In this document: positions 41,428 through 51,639 of the stretch, piece by piece
Position numbering within the stretch: position 1 is the first letter of the stretch
Layout: the number at the start of each line of letters is the position of its first letter
NCBI GenBank assembly: GCA_048937405.1
Contig: JBHLNF010000003.1
Span: 128,001 to 192,000 of the forward strand
DNA length: 64,000 bases
Direction: 5' to 3'
Origin: Promethearchaeota archaeon
GTDB lineage: Archaea > Asgardarchaeota > Lokiarchaeia > Sigyniarchaeales > SOKP01
The notes under the pieces: model-generated
What the model was told of the DNA's origin: nothing
The model's input: only the letters and a program-made list of their open reading frames with translations
Databases searched by the model: none
Made by a program: the position numbers and the translations under genes

Positions 41428-43335
41428 ATGGGGGATATGAATATTAAATTAAATAAATCTATTGAAAGATTTAAATACATTACAGAAAAATCGTTAATGG
41501 GTATAGCGATCCTGCAGGATGGTGTGTTTAGATATTTTAATGAGAAATTTATTGAAATTAATGGTTATTCTGCAGAGGAAATAAAAAGTTGGGCACCAAA
41601 TGAATTTTCAAAATTTATACATACTGAGGATCGGGCTTTTGTAATGGAACAAGCACGTAAAAAGCAAGTAGGAAACCCCGATGTTCTCAATCAATATAAA
41701 TTCAGAATAATACGAAAAGATGGGAAAATAAGATGGGTTGAAATTTTCTCTAAAACTATAAACTATGAAGGATATCCAGCGGATTTAGTAACAATCAATG
41801 ACATATCCGATAAAATCAATGCAGAAAAAGAATTAAAAGAATCAGAAGAAAAATATCGAAATATTCTTGAAAATATGCTGGAAGGATACTTTGAAACTGA
41901 TCTTCCTGGAAAATTACTTTATGCTAATGCTGAATTTTGTAAAATGTTAGGATTTTCAAAAGAAGAATTGATAGGAAAGGATAATCAAACATTTTATGAT
42001 AAAAAGTCAAGAGAAATTTTATCTGATATATTCAGACAGGTTTATAAAACAGGAATTCCTCGCCCACCATCAGGATTAGTTAAAGTAAGGACAATTAAGA
42101 ATAAACTTATTTATTTTGAGGGAATATTGGATTTATTATATGATTCTGAAGGCAAAAAAATTGGATTTTATGGTCTTGTCCGTGATGTAACAGAAAGGAA
42201 AATTGCCGAACAACAATTAAAAGAATCTGAAGAAAAATTTAGATATCTTGCAGATCATTCATTATTAGGGATAACTATACTACAAGATGGTGTATTTAAA
42301 TATTTTAATAAAAAAGTTGCTGAAACTTTTGGAGTGTCCGAAGAAGAGATTAAAAATTGGGGTCCTGGAGAATCAATAAAATTTATACATCCTGATGATC
42401 GTGACCTTGTAATGCGACAAGCATTTCAAGTACAAAGGGGTGAATGTGATGATGTATTTAACTATAAATATAGAATATTAAAGAAAGATGGAAAAATTGG
42501 ATGGCGTGAATCTTTCTCGAAATCAATAATTTATGAAGGTCGCCCAGCAGGTTTTGGAATTCATATTGATATTACAGAAAAGATCGAAGGTGAGCAGAAA
42601 TTAAAAGAATCTAAGGAAAAATATCTTCGAGCATATAATCAGGCAGAATTTTATAAAGATCTCTTTATCCACGATATAAATAATACTCTCCAGAGTCTTT
42701 ATTCCTCTATCCAATTAATCGATATAGACTTAGAAGACAGTAGAAAAAATAATTCTATTCAAGAACTCATCGATATTATATATAGACAGATTAATAGAGG
42801 TACAAAATTAGTTTCTAATGTTCGTAAATTATCTCAATTGGAAGAGCATGAAAATTCTCTCAGGAAAGTTGATGTTTTTGACGTTTTACATCGATCTATA
42901 AAATTTTTAAAGAATTTATTTCAAGATAGGAACATTCAAATTAAATGTGATACATTTAATAAGAAGATTTTGATACTTGGAAATGATCTCATTCAAGATG
43001 TATTTGAAAATATTTTGATTAACTCAGTTAGACATAATAATAATAGCATTGTAGAAATTATAATTAAAGCCTCAGAGGTAGTACAGAATAAAATTCCTTA
43101 TTATAGACTAGAGTTTATTGACAATGGCATTGGGATTGAGGATGAACGTAAGGAAAATGTGTTAACTCGTGCAGATCCTGATTCTAAAACTACATATGGA
43201 ATGGGATTGGGCTTATCTTTAGTCAAAAAAATTATTGATAATTATGACGGGAAAATCTGGATTGAAGATAAAGTTGAAGGGGACTATTCTAAGGGAACCA
43301 ATGTTATTTTATTAATACAAAAAGGCGATTCTTGA
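41428..43335 (+). CDS. Soluble PAS histidine kinase (HK3; three PAS domains)
   Basis: Same kinase core; PAS modules nearly identical to those in HK1. Confidence 0.92.
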   Translation: MGDMNIKLNKSIERFKYITEKSLMGIAILQDGVFRYFNEKFIEINGYSAEEIKSWAPNEFSKFIHTEDRAFVMEQARKKQVGNPDVLNQYKFRIIRKDGKIRWVEIFSKTINYEGYPADLVTINDISDKINAEKELKESEEKYRNILENMLEGYFETDLPGKLLYANAEFCKMLGFSKEELIGKDNQTFYDKKSREILSDIFRQVYKTGIPRPPSGLVKVRTIKNKLIYFEGILDLLYDSEGKKIGFYGLVRDVTERKIAEQQLKESEEKFRYLADHSLLGITILQDGVFKYFNKKVAETFGVSEEEIKNWGPGESIKFIHPDDRDLVMRQAFQVQRGECDDVFNYKYRILKKDGKIGWRESFSKSIIYEGRPAGFGIHIDITEKIEGEQKLKESKEKYLRAYNQAEFYKDLFIHDINNTLQSLYSSIQLIDIDLEDSRKNNSIQELIDIIYRQINRGTKLVSNVRKLSQLEEHENSLRKVDVFDVLHRSIKFLKNLFQDRNIQIKCDTFNKKILILGNDLIQDVFENILINSVRHNNNSIVEIIIKASEVVQNKIPYYRLEFIDNGIGIEDERKENVLTRADPDSKTTYGMGLGLSLVKKIIDNYDGKIWIEDKVEGDYSKGTNVILLIQKGDS

Positions 43336-43706
43336 TTACCATTTCAATTCTAATAGTTAATGATGATACAGATCTTCTATTTTTGTATCAAAAAATGATA
43401 GAACATATTGGTTTTGAGGTGGTGGGAATAGCTTTTAATGGAGAAAAAGCAGTAGAACTGTATAAATTATTTCAAAGAAAACCTGATATAATTCTGATGG
43501 ATCATCGGATGCCAAAGATAAAGGGTGTTGAGGTCACAAAAGAGATCTTAAATATAAGTAATCACTCTAAAATTATTTTTAAATGCGCAGATAAAAGTGT
43601 TGAAAAGGAAATCCTTTCAATTGGGGCTGTAAGTTCTTTAGAAAAACCCTTTAGTTTGGAAAGATTAAGGAAGAGTATTTTAAATGTTTCAAATTTAACT
43701 CAGTAA
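43332..43706 (+). CDS. Stand-alone response regulator (RR3), degenerate active site
   Basis: 'IVNDD' (D->N) and 'IIFKCAD' instead of 'IIFASAD'; phosphoacceptor 'MDHRMP' and 'EKPF' retained. Confidence 0.85.
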   Translation: MITISILIVNDDTDLLFLYQKMIEHIGFEVVGIAFNGEKAVELYKLFQRKPDIILMDHRMPKIKGVEVTKEILNISNHSKIIFKCADKSVEKEILSIGAVSSLEKPFSLERLRKSILNVSNLTQ

Positions 43707-43728
43707 ATACAATAGAAGAGAATATTCT

Positions 43729-44121
43729 TTATTTGTTTAAGTCTTTTATCCCTTGATGATTAGGACAGATTTTTCTACAAATATTATAGAATAATATCCA
43801 CACCCTGCAAGTAGAAACCGAAATTAAGATTTCTCTGCATCGTATTTGATCAATAGTTATTCCGTCTAAGACATTTTGAGTATGCTCATCAAGGCAAAGT
43901 GAAAATGTTGGAATACACCCCTGATAAGATGTTATTTGATCTACATTTAATACAAGAGAGGTCAGATCTGCACCTATCCATATCATATTTCCATACTTAT
44001 TATTTATAAGAAGGGTATTTTTACCAAGTTCTCATAAGCCATTAAGGATCCCAGCATATTTTAAAGAAATAATACCCCTTCCATGGGTCTTTTCTTCATC
44101 CCAATAACCATAATGATTACC
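43729..44121 (-). pseudogene. Pseudogene fragment of an epoxyqueuosine reductase (QueG)-like cobalamin/4Fe-4S protein
   Basis: Reads 'YWDEEKTHGRGIISLKYAGILNGL*ELGKNTLLINNKYGNMIWIGA...C....LCLD...LDG..IDQ..C...NICRKICP'. TGA at 44032-44034 replaces the Gly of 'AGLGxxGKN'; several Fe-S Cys are lost; the N-terminal half is absent. Confidence 0.7.
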
Positions 44122-44411
44122 GATTCAACTATATTTGCAAATATTATGGTTATTAGAAAATTAAACTGAAAAACATTATATTTAGGTATAATATGAAATT
44201 GTACTATTTTAAAAACCAGAAATACTTAAAATAGACTTTCTTTTCAATAAAGAAAAAATCCCGTAGCATGATCAGAGAACTTAAAAATGAACTCGGTACG
44301 AATTTCATAAAAAAATAAATGTAAAGAATAAGATAATAAAAGATAAAAAAAATTAGAATTTGTAATTATAATTTATTATTTGTAAAATATCTGTATTTAT
44401 CAGTATGATCT

Positions 44412-46118
44412 TCATTTACAATATTTCCCTCTATATTCAAATTTAAACGCACTACCATCAGAACCTATCATATATATATCACCATCTTCATTAACCGTTA
44501 TAGCCGAAGTTGCATCCCAAATTAATGGATGATGGTAATATGTTGTATGTTCAAGTGGAAGATTTGATGCAATTATGCTAATGCATAAATTCTCCATATT
44601 TACTTTAATAAGTTTTCTCATAGACGTATCAACAATGAGTAGATTCCCTCTATAATCCCAAGCAAGACCCTTAGGTTTTCCTGTATATCCACTAAGAAAA
44701 ACTTCTTTAAATCCACTTTTTATATCGATCTTTGTAATTCGCCCAGCAAGTGTTTCAGCCACGTAAATAACTCCATCTTTAATGACTAAATCCACTGGTC
44801 CAGCCAAATTTTCAGCTATAACTATTTTTTCCCCAGATGTAAGGTTAATTCCTATAACTTGTCCTGCACCATACTCTGCTATATATAACATTAGATTTTC
44901 CTCATCTAATTCCATACCAGCGGGACTTGAAAGAGAGTAAGCAACATAGCTCCAATCCTCAGCGATGTTAGGATTGACATTTACCACAATACCATCTATA
45001 AAATCGGCCGTAAAAAGATAATCTCCTAATCCATTTGTCATAGTTATAGGTAGGTGATAACCAGTAGTTGATAACCAAGCATTAGCCCATGTCTTATAGA
45101 GATTACCTTCTTCATCCATCCTTCTTATCATTATAGAATCGCAAAGGTAAATATTTTCATCTTTCACTACAATACTGGCTGCGGAGTTTATTCCCATCGG
45201 GAAGAGCGTAGTATATTCACCACTATCGGTATCAACTTTCCAGATCGTGCAATCGTGATAACTGCTAACATAGAGATTACCATCTGGCCCAAATGCAAGA
45301 TTATCCAGCCCTGGAAGTAATGTTGCCACTGTTTCTATGTTCAAACCATCGGGACTAACTCTTTTAACGGCACCAGTAGCTAATTCTACTGTATAAATAT
45401 ATCCATCAGGACCAATCTTCAGTGCTATAGGTGTGATTATACCCGTAGTCGTAAGATTTGTAACAACACCAGTATCCATATCAACCTCAACAATCCTCCA
45501 TGTACCAAAATCAGGGACAACGAGCTTATTATCCCTAATATCAAATCCTTCTGGTACCGCTAAATCAGCTGTGACTAAAGTTGGTGGAAGTTCACCTTTG
45601 GGGTCTAATTCCCATACACGATTACCCCAAAAACATTCAGTCATAAATAAGCGTCCTGTTTTTTCATCATAGCTGATTCCATTAGGACCACTTAAACCAC
45701 GCGCTATTACTTTTTTCATCCCTTTTGAATCAATCTTATATACTTCTCCAGTTATTGCACTAGTAGCATAGAAATTTCCTTTATCATCGACAGTAATATC
45801 ATCAGGGCAATATACACCATGATAGGGACCTACAAAATTCTTTACAAGAGGAGATCTCCCCCACCTTAGGCTAATTTTAGAAATAGTGTTAGCACTAGTT
45901 TGACATACATAAAGAGCACCATCTTTGTCAAAAATGAGTCCATTGCATCCTCTTAATGGGGTAGATTCGATTAAAGTTAATTCTCTATACATTCTGTCCT
46001 CAACAATTATTCCTCTACGAGAGGATTTAGTTGATGATGAAAAGACGCTAGTGGAAATTATTACTAGACTTGATGTGACTATTGCTAATAATAAAATTAT
46101 TTTTATTTTTTTTTTCAA
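44412..46118 (-). CDS. Secreted double beta-propeller protein (SMP-30/gluconolactonase/NHL-like)
   Basis: N-terminal basic plus hydrophobic signal; repeated 'P.GL/I.FD..G.LYV' blades. Confidence 0.8.
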   Translation of the reverse strand: MKKKIKIILLLAIVTSSLVIISTSVFSSSTKSSRRGIIVEDRMYRELTLIESTPLRGCNGLIFDKDGALYVCQTSANTISKISLRWGRSPLVKNFVGPYHGVYCPDDITVDDKGNFYATSAITGEVYKIDSKGMKKVIARGLSGPNGISYDEKTGRLFMTECFWGNRVWELDPKGELPPTLVTADLAVPEGFDIRDNKLVVPDFGTWRIVEVDMDTGVVTNLTTTGIITPIALKIGPDGYIYTVELATGAVKRVSPDGLNIETVATLLPGLDNLAFGPDGNLYVSSYHDCTIWKVDTDSGEYTTLFPMGINSAASIVVKDENIYLCDSIMIRRMDEEGNLYKTWANAWLSTTGYHLPITMTNGLGDYLFTADFIDGIVVNVNPNIAEDWSYVAYSLSSPAGMELDEENLMLYIAEYGAGQVIGINLTSGEKIVIAENLAGPVDLVIKDGVIYVAETLAGRITKIDIKSGFKEVFLSGYTGKPKGLAWDYRGNLLIVDTSMRKLIKVNMENLCISIIASNLPLEHTTYYHHPLIWDATSAITVNEDGDIYMIGSDGSAFKFEYRGKYCK

Positions 46119-46546
46119 AATTAAATTTCACCTATTCCAAATTTGTTAAAAATTGGCATTAAAAAATTGGACAAATTTATATAAATAACTTTACTTTTTT
46201 CTAAAAATAAATGATAAAAAGTGTAAATTACAGATTTCTTCACAGATAATCTTCAAGATTTTCGTATTGGTGAAATAATTTTTAGGCTAGGTCTCCTGAT
46301 AATTGAACTTTATGATTTAGGTTTTAAAATAAATTTCAATTAATTATTCTTTAGGTTATTAATTAAAGCTTAAATTCGATTAAATTTCTAATTTAAACAA
46401 TTATCATAAATTTTTCTAATGAGATTGAATACTTAATCATTAGTAATGGGTTGATATTCCCATGATTTTATCAAAAACTATTATTACAAATCCCTAATTA
46501 AATTAATATGATAAAAGAAAGAATACTTTGAGAATGGTTTATATCT

Positions 46547-47893
46547 ATGAAGAGAAAGAATGTTATTATTATTGGTGCTCTTGGTTTTGACTTTCACTTA
46601 TTTAACACAGTTTTTAAGGATAACGAAGAATATGACGTTGTTGCATTTACTATTGCGGGAGAACAAAACATAGGTACTACAGAAGAAACCCAAAGAAAAT
46701 TCCCTGCTGAGCTAGCAGGTAGATTATACCCAAATGGAATTCCGATGGTATCGGAAGAGAGATTAGAAGATTTGATAAAAAAATATCAAGTTGATGAAGT
46801 TGTTTTTGCCTATTCTGATGTATCTCATGAAGAAGTGATGCATAAAGCATCGAGAGCACTTGCAGCTGGAGCAAATTATCGCTTAATTTCAGGCAGATTT
46901 ACGCAACTTAAAGCAAATAAACCTGTAGTTGCTATTTGTGCAGTAAGAACTGGATGTGGAAAAAGTCAAGTTTCTAGAGCGACATATAGATATTTGAAGA
47001 GCAAGGGATATAAGGTTGTGGCAATTCGCGAACCAATGCCTTATGGTGATTTAATTCAACAAAATGTCATGAGATTTGAAAAATATGAGGATTTAGATAA
47101 ATACGACTGTACAATTGAAGAACGCGAGGAATATGAACCTTATATTGAACAGGGTTTAATTATTTATTCTGGTGTAAATTATGAAAAAATCATACGTGAA
47201 GCTGAAAAAGAAGCCGATGTGATTATTTTTGATGGTGGAAACAACGAAATTTCATTCTACATCCCTGATCTGTTATTTATTGTGGTAGATCCCTTAAGAC
47301 CAGGGCATGAAGTTTTATATCATCCTGGAGAAGTTAACGTTCGATATGCAGATGCGTTTGTCATTAATAAGATGAATAGTGCGAAAGCTGAAGATGTAAA
47401 GATTGTAGAAGATAATTTAAACGCTCTAAATCCAAATGCTACTAAAATTTTTACAAATTCAATTGTAACAGTTGAGAATAATATTGATCTAAACGGTAAA
47501 AAAGTAATTGTCGTTGAGGACGGTCCTACATTGACTCATGGCAATATGTCTATTGGAGCAGGATTTGTAGCAGCAATCAATAGCGGAGCAGAAATAATCG
47601 ATCCTAGACCTTATTTAACTGGAGCAATGAAATTAGTTTTCGAAGAATTTCCTCACATAACTCAAATCGTTCCAGCAATGGGCTATAATGAACAACAGAT
47701 TAAAGATATGGAAGAAACTTTAAATAAGGCTGAAGCTGAAATTGTTATCGATGGTAGTCCAATAAATCTTGAAAAATTAATAAAATGTAACAAACCAATT
47801 GTACGAGTCAATTACGATATCGAATCAATAAAAAGTCCAACAATAGAGCAAGTACTTGACAAGTTTATTGTTAAATGTCTAAAGAATTCTTAA
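46547..47893 (+). CDS. arcE: Arginine synthetase-like P-loop protein (COG2403 / cDPG synthetase-like family)
   Basis: 'PAELAGRLYPNGIP', 'FAYSDVSHEEVMHKAS', 'AVRTGCGKSQ', 'PMPYGDL', 'TIEEREEYEP', 'DGGNN', 'VEDGPTLTHG', 'PAMGY'; OTC, carbamate kinase and ornithine aminotransferase lie nearby. Confidence 0.75.
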   Translation: MKRKNVIIIGALGFDFHLFNTVFKDNEEYDVVAFTIAGEQNIGTTEETQRKFPAELAGRLYPNGIPMVSEERLEDLIKKYQVDEVVFAYSDVSHEEVMHKASRALAAGANYRLISGRFTQLKANKPVVAICAVRTGCGKSQVSRATYRYLKSKGYKVVAIREPMPYGDLIQQNVMRFEKYEDLDKYDCTIEEREEYEPYIEQGLIIYSGVNYEKIIREAEKEADVIIFDGGNNEISFYIPDLLFIVVDPLRPGHEVLYHPGEVNVRYADAFVINKMNSAKAEDVKIVEDNLNALNPNATKIFTNSIVTVENNIDLNGKKVIVVEDGPTLTHGNMSIGAGFVAAINSGAEIIDPRPYLTGAMKLVFEEFPHITQIVPAMGYNEQQIKDMEETLNKAEAEIVIDGSPINLEKLIKCNKPIVRVNYDIESIKSPTIEQVLDKFIVKCLKNS

Positions 47894-48080
47894 ATAATTA
47901 ATCTAAAATTTTTTTGAGATTAGGCTCTCTGTAAAATTTCTTAATCCTCAATCATATAACATAAAAAAATATTCTTATAAATAAAATCTAATATAATATT
48001 ATTAGCTATATTTATGCTATTTTTATTTTCATCTTTATTAAAAAAAGAGACTGCCTGAATTGTTTTAGGAGATTGTTAAC

Positions 48081-49232
48081 ATGGTATATAATCTAGATGA
48101 ATCTATGGAAACATTTAAAATAATTACAGAACAATCCCTCGTTGGAATAATCATAATACAGGATGGTCTATTTAAATATTTCAATGATAGACTCGTTGAA
48201 ACTACGGGATATTCAGCAGAGGAAATCAAAAGTTGGGCTCCTAATGAATTTGAGAAAACAATTTATCCTGAAGATCGGGAATTTATTATGGAAATGGCAC
48301 GCAAAAAACAAGCGGGTGATCCAAATGTTCCCCATCAATATTCATATAGAGCGATAAGAAAGAATGGAGAAGTCTATTGGGCTGAAGTTTTTTCAAAAAC
48401 TATAAATTATAAAGGGCGTCCAGCAGATTTTTTAATAGGGATTGAGATTACAGATAAAGTCAAAGCAGAACAAAAATTAATAGAAACTAAGGAAAAATAT
48501 CAAAAAGCGTACCATCAAGCAGAATTCTATAAAGATCTATTTATACATGATATAAATAATACTCTTCAGAGTCTTTATTCATCTATCCAATTACTCGATA
48601 TAGACTTAGAGAATATTAAAAAAGATAATGAGATCATAGAACTCATTAATATTATGTACAGACAGGTCAAAAGAGGTGTAAATTTAATCTCTAATGTTCG
48701 TAAACTATCTCAATTGGAAGATCATGAGATTTCAATTAGGGAAATAGATCTCCTTGAATTTTTAAAACGATCTATAGAATTTATAAAGAATTCATTTCAA
48801 GATAAGAAAATTCAAATCAAAATTGATGGATTTAACGAGAAGATCTTGGTAAAAGGTAATGAGTTACTTCAAGATGTATTCGAGAATATTCTTATCAACT
48901 CAGTGAGACATAATAACAATGATATCATAGAAATATTTATTAAAACATCAAGATTAAAAAAGGAAGAGAATGATTACTGCAAAATAGAATTTATTGATAA
49001 CGGAAACGGTATTGAGGACGTTCGGAAAGAAAAAGTCTTAGATCGGGTAGATCTTAATTTGAAAACAACATATGGGATGGGATTAGGGTTATCATTAGTC
49101 AAAAAAATAATTGAGAATTTTGGAGGAAAAATTTGGATTGAGGATAGAGTTAAAAATGATTACTCTAAGGGAACTAATGTAAATTTATTACTGCTAGAGT
49201 TACCTCTTCATAAACAAAATTTTTATAGTTGA
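48081..49232 (+). CDS. Soluble single-PAS histidine kinase (HK4)
   Basis: One PAS domain plus the same 'HDINN' kinase core. Confidence 0.9.
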   Translation: MVYNLDESMETFKIITEQSLVGIIIIQDGLFKYFNDRLVETTGYSAEEIKSWAPNEFEKTIYPEDREFIMEMARKKQAGDPNVPHQYSYRAIRKNGEVYWAEVFSKTINYKGRPADFLIGIEITDKVKAEQKLIETKEKYQKAYHQAEFYKDLFIHDINNTLQSLYSSIQLLDIDLENIKKDNEIIELINIMYRQVKRGVNLISNVRKLSQLEDHEISIREIDLLEFLKRSIEFIKNSFQDKKIQIKIDGFNEKILVKGNELLQDVFENILINSVRHNNNDIIEIFIKTSRLKKEENDYCKIEFIDNGNGIEDVRKEKVLDRVDLNLKTTYGMGLGLSLVKKIIENFGGKIWIEDRVKNDYSKGTNVNLLLLELPLHKQNFYS

Positions 49233-49296
49233 TGATGATACAGACTATATATTTTTGTATCAACTAAAAATGAATTTATCCTTATTGGTTATCTAA
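49210..49296 (+). pseudogene. Relic of a response regulator 5' end behind HK4
   Basis: Reads INKIFIVDDDTDYIFLYQLKM...*, matching the RR1-3 N-terminus 'ISILIVDDDTDILFLYQKM'; similarity then stops. Confidence 0.7.
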
Positions 49297-49421
49297 TACC
49301 AAAGATTAAACTCGATGTGTGCGTTATTTAAATAATATTTAATTCTTAAGGCTCATTAAATCATCTATTGTTTAAAATGATGTTTTTAAATTAGTAATTA
49401 AGACTTAGTAGTGGGAAATTT

Positions 49422-51602
49422 ATGATTCTAGCAGAAATAAAATATGAAATCCAAGAAATCCGAAGAGGGTATGCAAATCGGACTTTATATATCAATCTTA
49501 CTAAAAATGAAATTTCTATAAAGCCTGTTTCTGAAGAAATGAAAGATAAATTTATTGGAGGAAAAGGTTTTGATTTATGGCTTATGTGGAACTCTCTTCC
49601 AAAAGATCGAATTGTAAAATGGGATGATCCTGAGAATGAAATTTGCATCTCTTCAGGTCCATGTGGAGGGAGTATTTTCTATCCTGGTTCTGGGAAATCA
49701 ATTGTAACTTCAATATCTCCTTTAACAGGTATAATTATAGATAGTAACGTAGGTGGTTATTTTGGACCATATCTTAAATTTTCTGGATTTGATGCAATTG
49801 AGATTCAAGGAAAAGCCAAAAACGATATAATCGTATATATTGATGGAATTCAAGGATTAATTCAAATAGAAGAAGTAGAAGATTCAGATGGATACTCAAA
49901 ATATTCACATGAACTCACTCAACAGTTAACAGAGAAATATGCTAAAGAGGATGCAGAAAAAAGACAAATTTCAGTTGTTAGTAGTGGTCCTGCAGCCAAA
50001 CATTCGAAGTGGGGGATGTTAAATTTTTCTTGGTATACGCCATTGCGTAATCATGCTTCTGTTAAGCAAGCAGGGAGAGGTGGAATAGGGACTGTCTTTA
50101 GTAATAAAAAAATAAGAGCACTAGTATGTCGTTCTCCTAAAGTATCAATAAAATCAAACAATCCCGCAGATTTAGAAACCGCCCGAGAATTAGGAAAAAC
50201 TCATAGTAAAGATATTATGGAAGTCGATCCTTCACAGAATGAAATGAGGAGAGTTGGAACTGGTTATTTACCAGAGATAATGAATGTTGTTGATCTACTT
50301 CCAACTGAAAACTTCAGGTACGGCTCTCATAAAGAAATAAAAGATAAAAATATAGCTTATAATCGTGAAGCAATGCGTAAAGTTTATCACATAGGAGAAG
50401 GAACGGATGGATGTTGGATTGGATGCACCATGAGTTGTTCACATTATACAACTGGTCATGAAGTTTTAACAGGTCCTTTTAAAGGTCAAGTAGTAATTGT
50501 AGACGGCCCAGAATATGAAACTATAGCTGGATGTGGATCAAATTGGGGAGTATGGGATGTAAAATGGATTCTTGAAATAAATTTTTATTGCGATACTTAT
50601 GGATTAGACACCATTTCTGTAGGGACTGGCATTGCTTTTGTTATGGAATGCTATGAACAAGGTATTTTAAACAAAGAAATCACGGGAGATCTTGAACTTA
50701 AATTTGGAAATGTTGATGCTGCTTTAGAGTTAATACATCAAATGGCACGAGGAGATGGTTTTGGTGTAATTGTAGGAAAAGGTATCAGGGAAATGAAAAA
50801 ATATTTTGCAGAAAACTATGGTGCTGATCCTCAATTTCTACATGATATTGGAATGGAGCATAAGGGATTAGAATTTTCAGAATATATGACAAAGGAATCA
50901 CTCGCTCAGCAAGGAGGATATGGTTTAGCTCTTAAAGGACCACAACACGACGAAGCATGGTTGATATTTGAGGATATGGTAAGAAACACAATTCCAACAT
51001 TTGAAGATAAAGCTAAAGCGTTACTCTGGTTTCCTTTATTTCGTACGTGGTTTTCTTTAAATGGACTTTGTAAACTCCCTTGGAATGATGCTATTGGTCC
51101 TCAAAATAAAGAGCTTCCAATAAAAGATCCAGAAACAGGTGAGTTACTTCAAGCTCGAGTCCCTTATCATGTTGAATGGTATGCTAAATATTTTTCAGCT
51201 GTTACTGGAAAAAACTCAAATCCAGATGATCTAATCATTATGTCTGAAAGAATATACAATTTTCAGAGAATTTTTAATATACGATTAGGGCAAGGTTTAC
51301 GTGAAGGTGATTCAAATCTTCCCTATAGAGCAATGGGTCCCGTGACACCTTTAGAATATGAAAGTCGTCAAGAAAGATATGATACCCAACTCAAGGAATT
51401 GGGTATTGATATTTCTAATAAGACTACTAAAGAAAAGATTAAAATTCTTAGAAATCATCGTGAAGAACAGTATTTAAAACTTCAAGATGCAGTTTATAAA
51501 GAACGTGGATGGAATGAGAAAGGTTCCCCAACTATTAAAAAAATTAAGGAATTGGGAATTGACTATAAAGATGTCATAAAATTCATAAAACCTCATCAAT
51601 GA
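49422..51602 (+). CDS. aor: Tungsten-dependent aldehyde:ferredoxin oxidoreductase family protein
   Basis: 'FIGGKG', 'SPLTG..DSNVGG.FG..LKFSGFDAI.IQGKA', 'AGRGGIG', 'CWIGCTMSC', 'GPEYET', 'CDTYGLDTIS', 'GLCKLPW', 'FNIRLG', 'YKERGW'. Confidence 0.9.
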   Translation: MILAEIKYEIQEIRRGYANRTLYINLTKNEISIKPVSEEMKDKFIGGKGFDLWLMWNSLPKDRIVKWDDPENEICISSGPCGGSIFYPGSGKSIVTSISPLTGIIIDSNVGGYFGPYLKFSGFDAIEIQGKAKNDIIVYIDGIQGLIQIEEVEDSDGYSKYSHELTQQLTEKYAKEDAEKRQISVVSSGPAAKHSKWGMLNFSWYTPLRNHASVKQAGRGGIGTVFSNKKIRALVCRSPKVSIKSNNPADLETARELGKTHSKDIMEVDPSQNEMRRVGTGYLPEIMNVVDLLPTENFRYGSHKEIKDKNIAYNREAMRKVYHIGEGTDGCWIGCTMSCSHYTTGHEVLTGPFKGQVVIVDGPEYETIAGCGSNWGVWDVKWILEINFYCDTYGLDTISVGTGIAFVMECYEQGILNKEITGDLELKFGNVDAALELIHQMARGDGFGVIVGKGIREMKKYFAENYGADPQFLHDIGMEHKGLEFSEYMTKESLAQQGGYGLALKGPQHDEAWLIFEDMVRNTIPTFEDKAKALLWFPLFRTWFSLNGLCKLPWNDAIGPQNKELPIKDPETGELLQARVPYHVEWYAKYFSAVTGKNSNPDDLIIMSERIYNFQRIFNIRLGQGLREGDSNLPYRAMGPVTPLEYESRQERYDTQLKELGIDISNKTTKEKIKILRNHREEQYLKLQDAVYKERGWNEKGSPTIKKIKELGIDYKDVIKFIKPHQ

Positions 51603-51639
51603 ATAATCTTATTCGTAATTATTTTAGACTTGACTATAA

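Noticed and set aside
35802-44034. In-frame TGA codons (35802, 35928, 44032) as possible selenocysteine or readthrough
   Set aside because: They align to non-Cys positions (Glu/Phe region, Trp, Gly) and come with frameshifts or lost ligands, so they indicate pseudogenisation.
46547-47893. Annotation as cyclic 2,3-diphosphoglycerate synthetase or generic GTPase
   Set aside because: No 2-phosphoglycerate kinase nearby; the motifs and the arginine-pathway context fit the ArcE branch better.
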